Positions 28,540-43,377 of a stretch of DNA of 64,000 bases are shown one piece after another. A program made the position numbers and the translations under genes. Each line of letters begins with the position of its first letter. The stretch's first letter is position 1. The notes beneath the pieces were generated by a model that saw only the letters and a program-made list of their open reading frames with translations, was not told where the DNA came from and searched no databases. Origin of the DNA: the human T2T-CHM13v2.0 reference genome, Homo sapiens; assembly GCF_009914755.1 (NCBI RefSeq), contig NC_060927.1; one strand, given 5' to 3'.

Positions 28540-29265
28540 ATGCTGTCCAAGATAGTAGCCATATGCCACATGTGGTTATCAAGCACTTAAAATACGACTC
28601 ATGAGACCAAGGAGCTGAATTTTTTTTTTTTTAAAGAGACAGGGTATCACTCTGTTGCCCAGGCTGGAGTGCAGTGGTGTGATCATAGCTCACTGTAACT
28701 TCGAACTCCTGGAATCAAGAGATCCACCCCCCTCGGCCTCCTGAGTGGCTGGGATTACAGACATGCACCACCATGCTCAGCTAATTTTATTTTTTATTTT
28801 TGTAGAGACAGGGTCTTGCTATGTTGCCCAGAATGGTCTCAAACTCCTGGCCTTAAGCAATCCTCCTGCCTCTAATTTTAATTTTAAAATGAAAGCAATA
28901 TGAAATATTTTTCTGTTAAGTACAACTTTACTTTGTAGAATATTTCGCTTCAATTATTGAAAAGTTAGCATCCAAATTGAGATGTGATTTAAGTGACACC
29001 AGATTTTCAAGACTTTGGCCTCCCAAAATGCTGGGATTGTAAGTGTGAAAACCTGATGTCACTTGAAGCCTTGAAAGAAACCTGTAAAAACTTGTAAAAA
29101 ATTTTTTAAAAAGTAAAATATCTCATTATATGTTGAAAAGATACTATTTTGGATATATTGGGTTAAATAAGACTTATTACTAAAGTTAATTTCACTCTTG
29201 TTTTTACTTAACATGACTATTAGATTTAAAATATACATAGATGGTTCACTTTATAAGACAGAGTT
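28540..29265. mobile_element. Charlie1/MER33-like DNA transposon relic interrupted by an Alu
   Basis: tgctgtccaagatagtagcc... ; gcatccaaattgagatgtg...; ttttggatatattgggttaaataa. Confidence 0.65.
28620..28872 (-). mobile_element. AluJ-type SINE missing its 5'-most ~45 nt in place
   Basis: gatcatagctcactgtaac is J-type; the element stops at caatcctcctgcctc. Confidence 0.88.
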
Positions 29266-29440
29266 GCTAAGGAATAAAATGCCATTTTTGATCAGAGACC
29301 TCAGGGGAGAGATAAAAGAAAGAAAAATCAAACCTGGAAAGACTGATATTTGAAGATCTGATTAACAGCTATGGCAGAAAAAGTCCAGGAGTCAGGAGAA
29401 ATATGAGAAAGCAGAAAGGAAAGGGAGAAACCAGTGCATC

Positions 29441-29536
29441 TTTTTTTAAATTTTTAGAATTAAAAAAAATTTTTTTTAGAAACAGGATTTTTCTCTGTCA
29501 CCCAGGCTGGAGTGCAGCAGCGTGATCCTAGCTCAG
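29441..29536 (-). mobile_element. Severely 5'-truncated Alu
   Basis: T-rich tail plus ctctgtcacccaggctggagtgcag; possible TSD agtgcatcttt / agtgcacctctt. Confidence 0.75.
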
Positions 29537-29945
29537 CTAGTGCACCTCTTGAGAGAAAGTGGTCAGATTACCCGGGGCTGATCCAGACAGCACAGCAAAT
29601 TCTATCTACAATTCCACACTGTCAACAAATCCAATTGACCTAGTTTTTGCTAGGTGTTAGAAGATTGCTATATCTGTTATTAAAGACACTAGAAGAATGG
29701 CAGAAGTGCCGAGCACGTCTTTCTAGAGTGAAAAAAGAGAGGAGGGAGTTTTTAATTGCTCTGCTCCAAATCTTTCCCTCCATTAGAGGTTTCATTGAGG
29801 ATTAGAAAACACACAGTTACACCAAATGTTTGGGACAGGAAGATTTGTTTTAATGGAACCAAGAAAATGCAATAAAGTACTAGATTCATTTGAATCTATG
29901 GCAATTTTGTACTTTTGTAAACAGCCAGGATTAGTACTCATTTTA

Positions 29946-30800
<855 letters not shown>

Positions 30801-31120
30801 GAGAGAAGAAACTGACCACACCCCCGCCCACCCCACTGACTACCTGTGATTTTTCCATGGTTGGTAGGTGGTCAATAGATTCATCATTGATTTGGTACAT
30901 TTTCCGAAGTATGTGCTATGGTATAGATAGGTATTTGGTCTCGGTCTCTCTCCCTCTCTCTCTCTCTTTTTTCTTTCTTTCTCTCACCTTGAAAAATAGA
31001 GCGGTATTTGGAGAGGAGGAAAAGCCAGGAGAAAGTTCTCAGGTCATTTTGAAGAATGCCAAGTTAAACCAAGCAAGCAAGTTTTGCACCCGGGACCTCT
31101 TCAGAGCCTTGACTCTTTTA

Positions 31121-31456
<336 letters not shown>

Positions 31457-34188
31457 TTACTTACAACGTGTGTGCCTCTGAAACATACTGGAGAAGGAAA
31501 ACTCTTACCCAGCAGCATTCCAGGGAGGGTGCAATCAAGAGCCATTGGCTTGGATGGAAAACAGAAACTCCAAATCTTCAGCCCTTTAGGCTTCACTCTT
31601 GGCCAAAAACAAACATGACTGTCTGCTGTGAGCAAGAATGGTTCAGAGACAACAGGGGCCAGAAGCTGTGGGCTGCCCCAGCTCATCCACTGCCAGTCTA
31701 CCTTGGGACCCATCTCAATAGGGTAGGGACAAAGTAACATCCAGGTGCCCCATGGCCACAGCCAGGTCCGGGAGAAGCAGCTGCTCACCCCTCACCTTCA
31801 GGAGCTCCCAGGTTGGCCTACAATCAACCCAAAACACCAGGCCTCAGGCAAAGTCATGTCAGCCTTGATACCATCAACCTCCTAGCAACAAGCAGAATGG
31901 AGACATCCCCTGGGTGGCTGGAAAGTCACCTTGAGATGACAGAGTGTTATGCCCAGGCCCAGTCTCTCCCTGGAACAAAGCATTCCTGGTCACACAGCTG
32001 CCACCTCCCCTTGGTTACCTTCTGCTTCTCCTCTGGTCATCTGCCTCCTGCACTAGCTCTAGAATAGTTTTACTTCCTTGGATGTGGGGTAATTTCTCTG
32101 CAGTGACGACAAAGGAGTACAGGCCTCACAGCAGCCACAGGCTGTCCACAGAGCTAACAATAGGCCACTTGTCTATTCTGTGCACATTTTTTAGGGATCC
32201 CAAGTTGTTATTTCTTTCTGATTTAACTATAAGTCATTTTATTATTATTTCATATGATATGTGCTCCAAATGCTAAAAATTACATAAAATTTTAATGCTT
32301 TACATGGGCAAGATCTAATTCCCTGGTCAGATATTAAAACCAATTGCTCAATAAAAAATTATATTAAGGAGAACAATGAAGATAATTCAGCAAACCCATG
32401 AGAAAAAAAAGAACATCTTAAAATTTTAAATTTTAAAAAAACAACCTCAGAACTATCCTAGGACTAAGGCAAAAACACACAAGACCTCTATAGGATAAAT
32501 GGCAGCGGTTTTTAATTGTACCCCAAAAACATTTTGGATCATGCCTCACAAAAATATGCTTCTGTGGAGGTTGCCAGTGACTTCATGGCCACTCCAGCAA
32601 TAGCTGTTTCTGACATTAGTCTTAGGGGTTAGTGGAAAGGGCTGATAACTCCTCCATCGCTGAAATGCCCTCTTCCCCTGGCCTCCATCCCCCACACTCA
32701 GCAAGTTTCACACTGACCTCTCTGGCTACTTACTTTTTCTTTTCTCTGAATGCTGGAATTCCCCTGGGCTCAGCCCTAAGGCCTTTTTCCTTCACACCCT
32801 CCCCTCCTTCCTGGGCGATTTCATCCATGACCGTGGTTTCAGTTACCATCTGCCAGCAGGCGTCTCCAGCCCAGATCTCTGCACAGAGCTCCTGAAGCAC
32901 AGATGCCACAGCTCATTCTGCAGTCATCCTTATCTCAGCAAAGGGCCCATTAATCCAACTGCAGGAGCCAAACCAGCCTTGTCCTCTCCCTCTCCACGGT
33001 GCCTCGTTACCCCATCCAGAAGCAACCCTGGTGGTCTGCCTGGCTCAATATTTCTTAGATCTACCTCTCTACATCTCTGTCAAGACGCTCCACCTAAACT
33101 AAGTGACGATCTCTTGTCTATGAAGAGTTACTCCAACAGGGTCCTAACCACACCCACTCTTGACCCAGAAGCCAGTCACTAACCTGCAGCCATTCTGATC
33201 TTTCCAAAGTATACATTTAGGAATCATTCTCCAGCTGCTCCTGAAAGCCCTCCAGCAGCTTTGCACTACACTTAGGATAAAGGGCCCCATCCTCAGCCTG
33301 GCCTGCAGGGCTGTATGGGGACCCGACTCACTCTCCAGCCTCACTCCACCTCACTCACCCCTCTGTCATTTGCAGGCAAGACAGTGAACTCCCTTCTGCT
33401 CCTCAAACCAAACTTACTCCCTCCCACCTTGGCTTTGTCTGAGCTGCTCCAGGAGTCCCCACCACCTCCACCCTCCCTCCCCTGTTGACCCTCAGGTCTT
33501 GGTATGTACACTTCATGGAGCACTCCCCCAACACTGCCAGCCTGGGGCAGGCCCCTTGCCATGTTCTACTCGACAGCGCTCACCCATCTGTGATCCTACA
33601 ACCCTCATGTGCCCATCTGCTCTGTGTCTGTGCCCTCAGCTAGACTCTAAGTTTCACGTGTCCAGGGCATTACCTAGACCGGCTTACTAAAGTATTCCCA
33701 AACACTACCAGCAAAGATCTGTTCAAAGAAATGTGAACGAAACCTGACCCACTGATGCTGGACAGTAGATTCCCGCAGAGGGAGAAAATGAAGCACAAGA
33801 AAGTATCTCCTTTTTTGGGGAGTGATTGAGACAAGCGTATGACCCCTTCCCTCCCTCCGGCTTAAATTAACTTCAGCGAACCTCTCTGGACAGAACAGGA
33901 AGATCACAGGCTAATAAAAATAGCAAGAGGACAGAGGATCAAGAGAGGCCAGGGTGGGAGAGGAACTTCATAAGAAAACAGCGGCCTCCAGGCAGTAGCT
34001 CCTGCATTTTTTCCTCCATTAGGAACATCTAAGCCTGTAACCTTCCTCCTCCCTCCCCTGCCAGCATCAAAGGAGGGGATGCCCATTACCTTGTGCCCCT
34101 CCCACCTCGCCCTGCCTGGAACCTGCCTCCATCTTTTATCACCTCTTCTCTCCCAATACCTTTCAGCTGAAAAAAATGTTCAAATCTT

Positions 34189-34496
34189 CCAGGCATGGTG
34201 GCTCATGCCTGGAATCCCAGCACTTTGAAAAGCCAATGGGGGCCGATCGCTTGAGCCCAGGAATTCAAGACCAACCTGGTAAAACCTTGTTGGTTTGACA
34301 CCACATGGTGAAGCCCTGTCTGTAACAAAATTAGCTGGCCATGGTGGCTCGCGCCTGTAATCCCAGCTACTTGGGAGGCTGAGGCAGGAGGACCATCTGA
34401 GCCTGGGTAGGTCGAGGCTTCAGTGAGCTGTTATTGTGCCACTGTACTCCAGCCTGGGCAACGGAATGAAGCCGTGTTAAAAAAAAAAAAAAAAAA
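34189..34496 (+). mobile_element. AluJ-type SINE carrying a ~22-nt non-consensus insertion
   Basis: gcttgagcccaggaattcaag and gtcgaggcttcagtgagc; poly-A tail. Confidence 0.87.
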
Positions 34497-36730
34497 GACG
34501 GGGTGGGGATCTCAAATCTCCTAAAGTAAACTGCTCTTCTGTCCTTCTAGACACATTTACTTAAGCCCATGGCAGGAAGGCCTCTGCCTGTTTTATACTA
34601 TGACAACTGCTCTTGCAAAACTTACCCGTGGCATCCAGTGGCCAAACCCGGTGGGCCCCTCCCACTTGACCTCCTCCCAGCTTTTGATACTATTCTCCAT
34701 CTCTTCTCAAAGCATGCTCTTCCCCTGGATTCTGTAACATCACACTCTTCTGTTCCTCCCTCTACCTTGGAAAAGTGCTATTTTTCTTTCTCTGGATTTT
34801 ACCAAAGTATATCTCTGTTATGAATTGGCAAAAAACTGGTCCTTCACCACAGATAGCGTGAGACAAACTGGTCTAGATCTTGCAGTCTTTTTAATAGATC
34901 TGTCTGCTTACGCTGAAAAACCAAGAAACCTCACAAGAAAATATAAACTTAACTTCTCTAAAACAAAGCCAGCCAGGTGCCCAACCAAACAACAGATCTT
35001 GCAATTTTGGGTCCATATTTCCACCAGGCATCAGAGAGCGGAGGCTCAGTGGAAACTGCCCCTTGAGATGGGCATGTGCCACTGGATGACCATCCTTACC
35101 ACCATTCTTGCCTGCTCTCAGGGTTGACACCTCAGACACCCACATCTCTGTTCCTGGCTTTCTTGCAAGTCCCAGCCCAACAACCACAGCTGCCTTCTGG
35201 AATGTTCCCTGAGTGTCCCCCTGACCCCTCAAGTCTTCATACAACCATCCCCATTCTCATCACCTCTCTGCCCCCAGGGCTCCTCATGCTGTGTTCTTGG
35301 TCCTTACAGATGACCCCATCTCACACCTGAGTCACCCAGGTGTCATCCTTGGCACCTCTCTCTCCTTCAATGACACGAAGGTTTAGTGAGTATTCCTCTT
35401 TCTCTTTCAATGTATCCATTAACTCGACGCTTATGTATTAAGTCCTGAAGACACAACAGTAAGCAGGGTACCCCATTGCCCCCTGCAAGGCCTGCGCCAG
35501 CCGCCAGCTCACTGTCTTCCACTCTGAAGACACACTCATTGCTGGGATGACACTCCATTTTCTGCCTTTACTTCCCCTCAACAACCCCCCTCCCCAGGTT
35601 CATCTTTTTTAAATGTCACTATTCTCTTGGTTTGTGGGTGGGTTCTGGTGCAGCAAGCACAGGAGAGCCTTTTTAACATAATTTTCATTTCACTCTGAAT
35701 TGGCATCTTACCCTAATTAAAATTAGACTCTCTGCACCGCACTTGTAGAAATGAAACTCTGAATACTCAACAATCAGCCAGAAAGTAAATGATGAGTCAT
35801 TTACATAACAGGCAAAATTTCATCATCCCGGAGATTTGGGATATTCTGTTTCATTAAAAGAAGCCATTGAGATTTTTCCATCTGTCAAGGTGCTTTCTTT
35901 AGGTTGAGGCATAAGTAGCATCATTCGGTTTTCTGAAGGACAATGTACTCGGTTTAATCCAGGACAGTACACTCATTGAGTGGGACCAGCCGCCCCTCAA
36001 CGGTCTTCATTGCAAAGGCTCAGTGGGCCAGTGCAAGATGAACCTAGTTCTTAAGGAGATCAGGGAGGTCAGGAGCTCCATCACAAAAGGGAGTCAACTT
36101 GGGGAACAGAGCCCAGAGCTGAGGGCCTGAAGGCAAAGGCCACCATGTCTTATCTGGACAAGGGCAGGGAGCGTGGCTTTCTCCCGCAGGCAGGACGAGG
36201 CAATTTCCATCAGCAGAACCTGGGCGGCAAGGGCCTGGAGCCCATCCTTCACTGAGGGGACACCTTCAAGGCACTCCAACATCTGACCCCATGTACCCAA
36301 CACGCGTTATGGCCATTTGCCTCCTATGCTCAACCTCACATTCTGGCTCTGACAGCCTCCACCTCTGTCCAGAAAGGGACAAGCTATACAGGAGAGGTAG
36401 CATGGCCAAGTGCTCTAGAACACAGTCCCTGGGTCCAACAGGCTGGGTTCATATCTCAGTCCTGCCATGCACAGTTATAACATTGGCAAACTGCATAGCT
36501 TCTCTGTGTCTCAGTTTCTTCATCTGTCAAATGAGGATAAGTCTTCACAGGCATGAGATGAGGGTTAAGGGTAGAGTAGACATGAGCACTTCAGCATAAG
36601 GTTTGCCTAACGCATGAGGAGGATTCCCTCTGCAGAGTAAAATCTTATTTTAAATTTAAATAAACCATAGATACACAAACATGGGCCAGCAGCATATGAG
36701 AGACAGAGACAGAGACACACACACACACAC

Positions 36731-37545
36731 ATATATTATATTTTATATATATAATATATAATATATATATAATATATATTTTATGTATATAATATATAAT
36801 ATATATATAATATATATTTTATGTATATAATATATAATATATATATAATATATATTTTATGTATATAATATATAATATATATATTATATATATTATATTA
36901 TATATTATATATAAAATATATAATATATAATATATATTATATATTTTATATATAATATATATTATATATTTTATATTATATTTATATATAAATATAATAT
37001 AATATATATTTTATATATATTATATTATATTTATATATATATATAATATATATTTTATATATATTATATTTTATATATAATATATTATATTTATATATAA
37101 TATATAATATATATTTTATATATATATTATATTTTATATATAATATATAATATATATTTTATATATATATTATATTTTATATATATTATATATATATTTT
37201 ATATATTATATATTATATATAATATATAATATACATTTTATATATAATATATAATATACATTTTATATATATTATATATAATATACATTTTATATATAAT
37301 ATATAATATACATTTTATATATATTATATAATATATATTTTATATATAATATATATTTTATATATAATATATAATATATAATATATATAATATGTAATAT
37401 ATAATATATATAATATGTAATATATATTATATATAATATATAATATATAATATATATAATATATAATATATATACACAATATATAATATATATAATATAT
37501 AATATATATACAATATATAATATATATACACAATATACATATATT
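36731..37545. repeat. ~815-bp AT-rich complex VNTR / (TA)n-type array, preceded by short (GA)/(CA) repeats
   Basis: Almost no G or C. Recurring units include ttttatgtatataatatataatatatataatatata and cattttatatataatatataatata. Confidence 0.97.
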
Positions 37546-39769
37546 TTGTTTTTCTCCTGGTTTCCTGTATTTCTTCCTTGGGACTCCATGCCATGCCCTA
37601 CATCTTTACAGTAAACCCGCCTGACTCACTAGAGCTCGCCAGACTAAGGCTCTGCTCCACATAATCAAAGGAAGCCCACCCAGAACAGCCTTCCTTCTCT
37701 TTTGTCCAAGCTACACTCAAGTCAAACAGGACTTGGCTCTTCCTCAGCCTTATGCCTTCAACCCATGCTCCTGTGCATGCCAGCAACGGCACAGAGCTGC
37801 CCACCTTGCCTCTCAGCCTCCTCCAGTCTCAGTTCCTCACTTTGCAGAGCCCTCGTTCCACACCTCTCCGAAGCTCTCTCCAGTCCACCTAGCCAAAGAA
37901 CCTTCTGGCCACTCTGAAGCCCCTTGGCTGCCCACTCGTGCCTCTCCTATGGAGGGTCTAATCCAGGCTCCATCATTTAGCAGTTCCAGCCCCTGGACAA
38001 AGCCCTCTGCCCCTTGAGCTTAGTTTCCTGGTGTCTAGAAGGGAGACTCCACTGCCATTCTGGTCTCTCAAATGGAACTTTTGAGAGACCAGAAGTACAT
38101 GCCAGAAAACGTGCACAATGACTGAAAACTTCAAAGTGCTCTCCAAACTGTAGACCTTTCCCATAGACGCTCTCATGAATGAACAGCAATTTGAAGATGA
38201 ACACATAGGCTGTTCATTCTGTGTCACTCTGCCTGCTTTACAATCCTCTGGGAGCCCTGAGGAGTGGGAAATTCCAGAGGCCCCCACGGACCTGCCAGCC
38301 ACACAGTCTCCAGGTGCACCTGATGGGCTGGTTGAGCCCTCGTCCCAAAGGAATTCTGGCAGCACCATCACTCTCTCACAGCTTCTCAATTTTTCATCCC
38401 TCGAGCATTCGGCTCTAGGACTTAGAAAACAAGTCTCTCCAAGTCTGCCCATAGCTCTGCATTTTAAATGTTCTGTGGTCCATAATAACTTACATAAAGG
38501 GCCAATAGGATGGAACACAGCAGGACACAACAGGAGAAAACAAAATGCAGTAAGGTAGATTTCATTTGACCAGCTAGAGCACTCAGAGAAACTGGCCACA
38601 CCAAAAGGAATGGAGTCATCATCATCTTTACACAACTCCCTTCACACTCTGAAAAGTCATGATGGAGAGAGGCATAAATTACGGCGTCTTCAGCTAATTT
38701 TACATGACACAGACACAAATGACTTTACTTTTCCTAATTGTGAGAAATAATGAAATCTTCTCTCCCTCCTTCTATCCGTGTCCTCTATCCAAAGGTTCTG
38801 CTAATTTAAAACATTTGGTGGAAAAATAATACTGGGGCATTGTTCTTATGAAAAAATCTAATCCTTTTGAGTTTAATTCTAATATGCAGAGAAGAATATG
38901 AACCTGTCCTGCATGATGGTACTATGACAAAACGAGTTAATTACCATCTCATCCTAAGATCAATCTACTTGTCATAGGAACGGGAGCCATTATTTCACAC
39001 AAAATAATGACCCAGATAAAAATGACTGCAAGTTGAGGCGGCCAATGACACAGCTTCATCTTGACCTAACTGAGCTGCAATTAACAAGTGTCACCACTAC
39101 ATATATATAAATAGGGCCAAAGCTATTCATTAAATATTTGCAGTGAAAAAAACCACAAATGGTTTTTAGCATACTTCTTCCTGGGAAGCACCTGTGGTCT
39201 TCTACCTGGTGTGATGACAGAAAAATTTACACATGTAAAATTCAGCCATCAGTTGGAATAGCCACGGGTGTTGGAGAGGTACGTGGAATTGTCCTCTGCT
39301 CTTTGCACACAGAGGTGGTATTTTCTTTAGAAATTATGGCCAGCAACAGAAAAGAGGAGCAGGGAGAAGGGGGCCCAGTCCCATTATTTTGTCCCACTTC
39401 TTGTTGTCATGGCAACTGGACTAGAAACTAAAGCCACAGCCAGCAATGACAGCGAGAAATGCTAGGTCTTTCCAAGTCCAGCCCTGTCCACTAACAGACA
39501 ATGCGGGGGCAAACGGTGGGGCAACCTCAACACACCTGGCTCCTCCAAGGCAGGAATGACCGTAAGCCACATTTCTGTTTAGAGGAACAGAGATGGAACT
39601 CTGGGATAGACATCTGGAGACACTGCGGGTCAGAAATCTCACTGCTGCCCTGGTTTACAAGCTGTCCAGTCTGTCTTCTTATTTAAAAACCAAGTGTATG
39701 ACAGGAACAGGATGATACGATGGGCTTTAAAGCCTATTATTTTCAAAACGTTAAGAACAGAATTCTTAC

Positions 39770-39954
39770 TATAAGTCTTCACTTAATGTTGTCAATAGGT
39801 TCTTGGAAACTGAGACTTTGAGCAAAATGACAAATGAAACCAATTTTCTTCTCAAGGTTAAAACTAAATGACACTGAATGAAATTGAGGACCTGCTGTAT
39901 GCTGTTTCACTAAAAGTCAGTTTCTAAGAACCTACACAGTGTTAAGGACTTATA
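39770..39954. mobile_element. TcMar-Tigger MITE (MER6-like), palindromic
   Basis: tataagtcttcacttaatgttgtcaataggttcttggaaactg at one end and cagtttctaagaaccta...aaggacttata at the other. Confidence 0.7.
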
Positions 39955-40298
39955 CAAACACAGAATGAGCAGGTGTCATTTACTTCATAAATTATCTAAT
40001 GAATCATCAGACACACATGTGCATACACACATCTATAATCAGTGGGAAAAAAAGAATGCTGGCATAAAAGTTAAGATAAAAACTGGCTAATGTCCTTCAG
40101 GGCATAAAAACCCTAACTTTGAGGGCCTTTCCCACTGGACAGATGGACATCTCCACTTGGGTACTACAGAAACAACACCCCAGTAGCTCGCAAATCGGGC
40201 TGTTTCCTGAAGAACTGAGACAGGACCACTGCAATGGGTCAGCCATGCAATAACCTAATTTGGTTAAGACAAAGTCACCAACTCATATCAACTCATAT

Positions 40299-40605
40299 GT
40301 TTTCTTTCTTTTAAGAGACTGGGTCTCACTCTGTCAGCCAGGCTGGAGTGCAGTGGTGCAATCATAGCTCACTGTGGTCTCAAACTCCTGGGCTCAAGCA
40401 ATTCTCTCGCCTCAGCCTCTAGAGTAGCTAGGACTATAGTCAAGCACCACCATGCTCGGCTTTTTAAAGAGACTTTTTTTTTTTTGGCAGAGATGGAGGT
40501 CTCACTATGTTGCCCAGTCTAATCTCAAACTCCTGAGCTCAAGCAATCCTTTTGCCTCAGCCTCCCAAAGTGTTGGGATTACCAGCTGAGCCACTGTGCC
40601 CAGCC
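40299..40605 (-). mobile_element. AluJ-type SINE
   Basis: caatcatagctcactg; TSD-like tcatatgtttt / tcacatgtttt. Confidence 0.88.
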
Positions 40606-41433
40606 TCAAATCACATGTTTTTAAAAAGCATATTTGAGAGTGGGCAGAGCCTTATGCCTTTCTTTTACTCACTTACCCCTCAAATATTCCAAGCATCTGA
40701 GTCTTAATTACAAAACCATTTCTAAAATGATTTTTTCCTGGTATTCGGATCATAGGGTAAATTCCACTTCTAGGATGTCCCTATACAAGTTGATTATTTG
40801 CAGCAATCCAAACAAAGATAGCTCTATTTCTATAGAAAGCTACATGCGTTATTAAAACACTTGTGTTCTCAGGCTTATGCGTATGTGAACAAAAGCTACT
40901 TCCCCCCTCCCCCATTTCTTAAATAATAATCTGAATTCTACCAGAGTAGAAAGAGCCTCCCTCATCCTAGTAAAATTACCAGAAATTCTGACCTCAGAGA
41001 TCATCTGGCTCCTGGTCTATGGGCCATAGACCCATACATGAGCGGCTACTCCCAGAGTCCCTGGAGCCTGAACACTCAATACATGTTGAAGGGAGGGTGG
41101 CAGCAAGGAAACAAATCTCCTTTAAAGGGACAGCCTAATCATTTTACTGTTATACAAAATTCCTCTCAACGGCTTCCCGCTGCCTTTACAGCCCTGTCCC
41201 AGCTGTCTCTGGCCCCTTCTCCCGACCCTCACTCTCCCTCTGACGTTCTTTTGATTCCCCTCACTCCCTCCTGCCTCAGGCCCTCATGTACACTGTTCCC
41301 TGTTTGGAGGGCTTCCCGACCTGTCCGAGCACAGCCGCATCCCCAAAGACACCCCGTCATCCTTCCCATCTCAGCTCCAAGTACCTTCCGGATCCCCTTG
41401 CTCCTCAGCCCCGGCCACTTCTGCTGGTAACAC

Positions 41434-42029
41434 TCACTAGTTCGGCTGTTTTATTCTCTGTATCCCAGCATCTAGTACATTCCTGGCTCAAAGCTGACAG
41501 CTGACAATATTTATTAACAAATTCCCTAATTGGCTGATTGGACCTCAAATCACAATCACCTGTATGGGGTGGGGAATTGTCGATTACTAGGGAACACTGG
41601 GTAAGAGAGAACAAGATAAGCATCAAGCAGTGAACTCAGCCCCAGTTTGGGGCTAGGACATTCCTTCTGTAGTAAATATCATATTAAAACTCAAGTAGAC
41701 CCTACAGTTAGGCACAAAACCTCATATGGTTCACTAGTTCGGCTGTTTTATTCTCTGTATCCCAACATCTAGTACTATTCCTGGCCCAAAGCTGACAGCT
41801 GACAATAATTATTAACAAATTCCCTAATTGGCTGATTGGACCTCAAATCACAATCACCTGTATGGGGTGGGGGAATTGTCGATTACTAGGGAACACTGGG
41901 TAAGAGAGAACAAGATAAGCATCAAGCAGTGAACTCAGCCCCAATTTGGGGCTAGGACATTCCTTCTGTAGTAAATGTCATATTAAAACTCAAGTAGACC
42001 CTACAGTTAGGCACAAAACCTCATATGGC
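41434..42029. repeat. Direct tandem duplication: two copies of ~297-299 bp
   Basis: Copy 1 is 41434-41730 and copy 2 is 41731-42029. Both start tcactagttcggctg and end near ctcatatgg, with about 5 substitutions and 2 single-base indels. Confidence 0.97.
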
Positions 42030-42488
42030 ATGAAGAAATATGAATTCCCTGCAACTACGCAGTTTTCCCTGGTATGTTCGAATGTGGGTGGCCCAGGACT
42101 CTGGCATGCTTCCACACTAGGAAGGGAAGGGGGCTTGCGGCAATGAAGACCCATAGATAAAAGGAAGGTGGGATCTGGGAAGTCACATTACCATGAGGGT
42201 TTGAAAGGAGTCCCGGCGCAGGCCTGCAGGTCTGTCAGCTGTTAACCCCACTCCAGCTGGAAAAGACAGGACCCGGGCTCCTGCATGCCTGGGGAGGAGG
42301 GGTTAGCCATCTTGTTCCAGAGTCAGCTCTGGAGGGGGCTGCTTCCCTGTGGGGCTGCCAAAGGTTTAGGTCACAGCTCTTGCATGGCCTCTTGAGTGTG
42401 GCTGATCTGTCCTAAGGCAGCTACCTGCCTGTTCACTCAGGGGAACACTCGCAAACCTCTTCAATGGTACCCTGACTGTAGCGCTCAC

Positions 42489-43122
<634 letters not shown>

Positions 43123-43323
43123 TAAAAAGAATCATTGGGTCTTTAATGAAGCCCCAGATTCTTTCCCGAAAGTAACGTCAAAAAGGCACTGATGAAAAAT
43201 GGTTTATGGAAACTACTCAAGTAATATATACAGATCCACATCATAGTAAGACCTCTAAGATGTAGCATCATGTAAAACACATCATTATAGAATGATGGGT
43301 TTGGTACAATACAGCTTACATGT

Positions 43324-43326
<3 letters not shown>

Positions 43327-43372
<46 letters not shown>
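43327..43372. repeat. (CA)n microsatellite, ~23 units
   Basis: Seen directly. Confidence 0.95.

Positions 43373-43377
<5 letters not shown>

Noticed and set aside
37290-37589. Ile/Tyr-rich ORFs
   Set aside because: Translation of the AT repeat.
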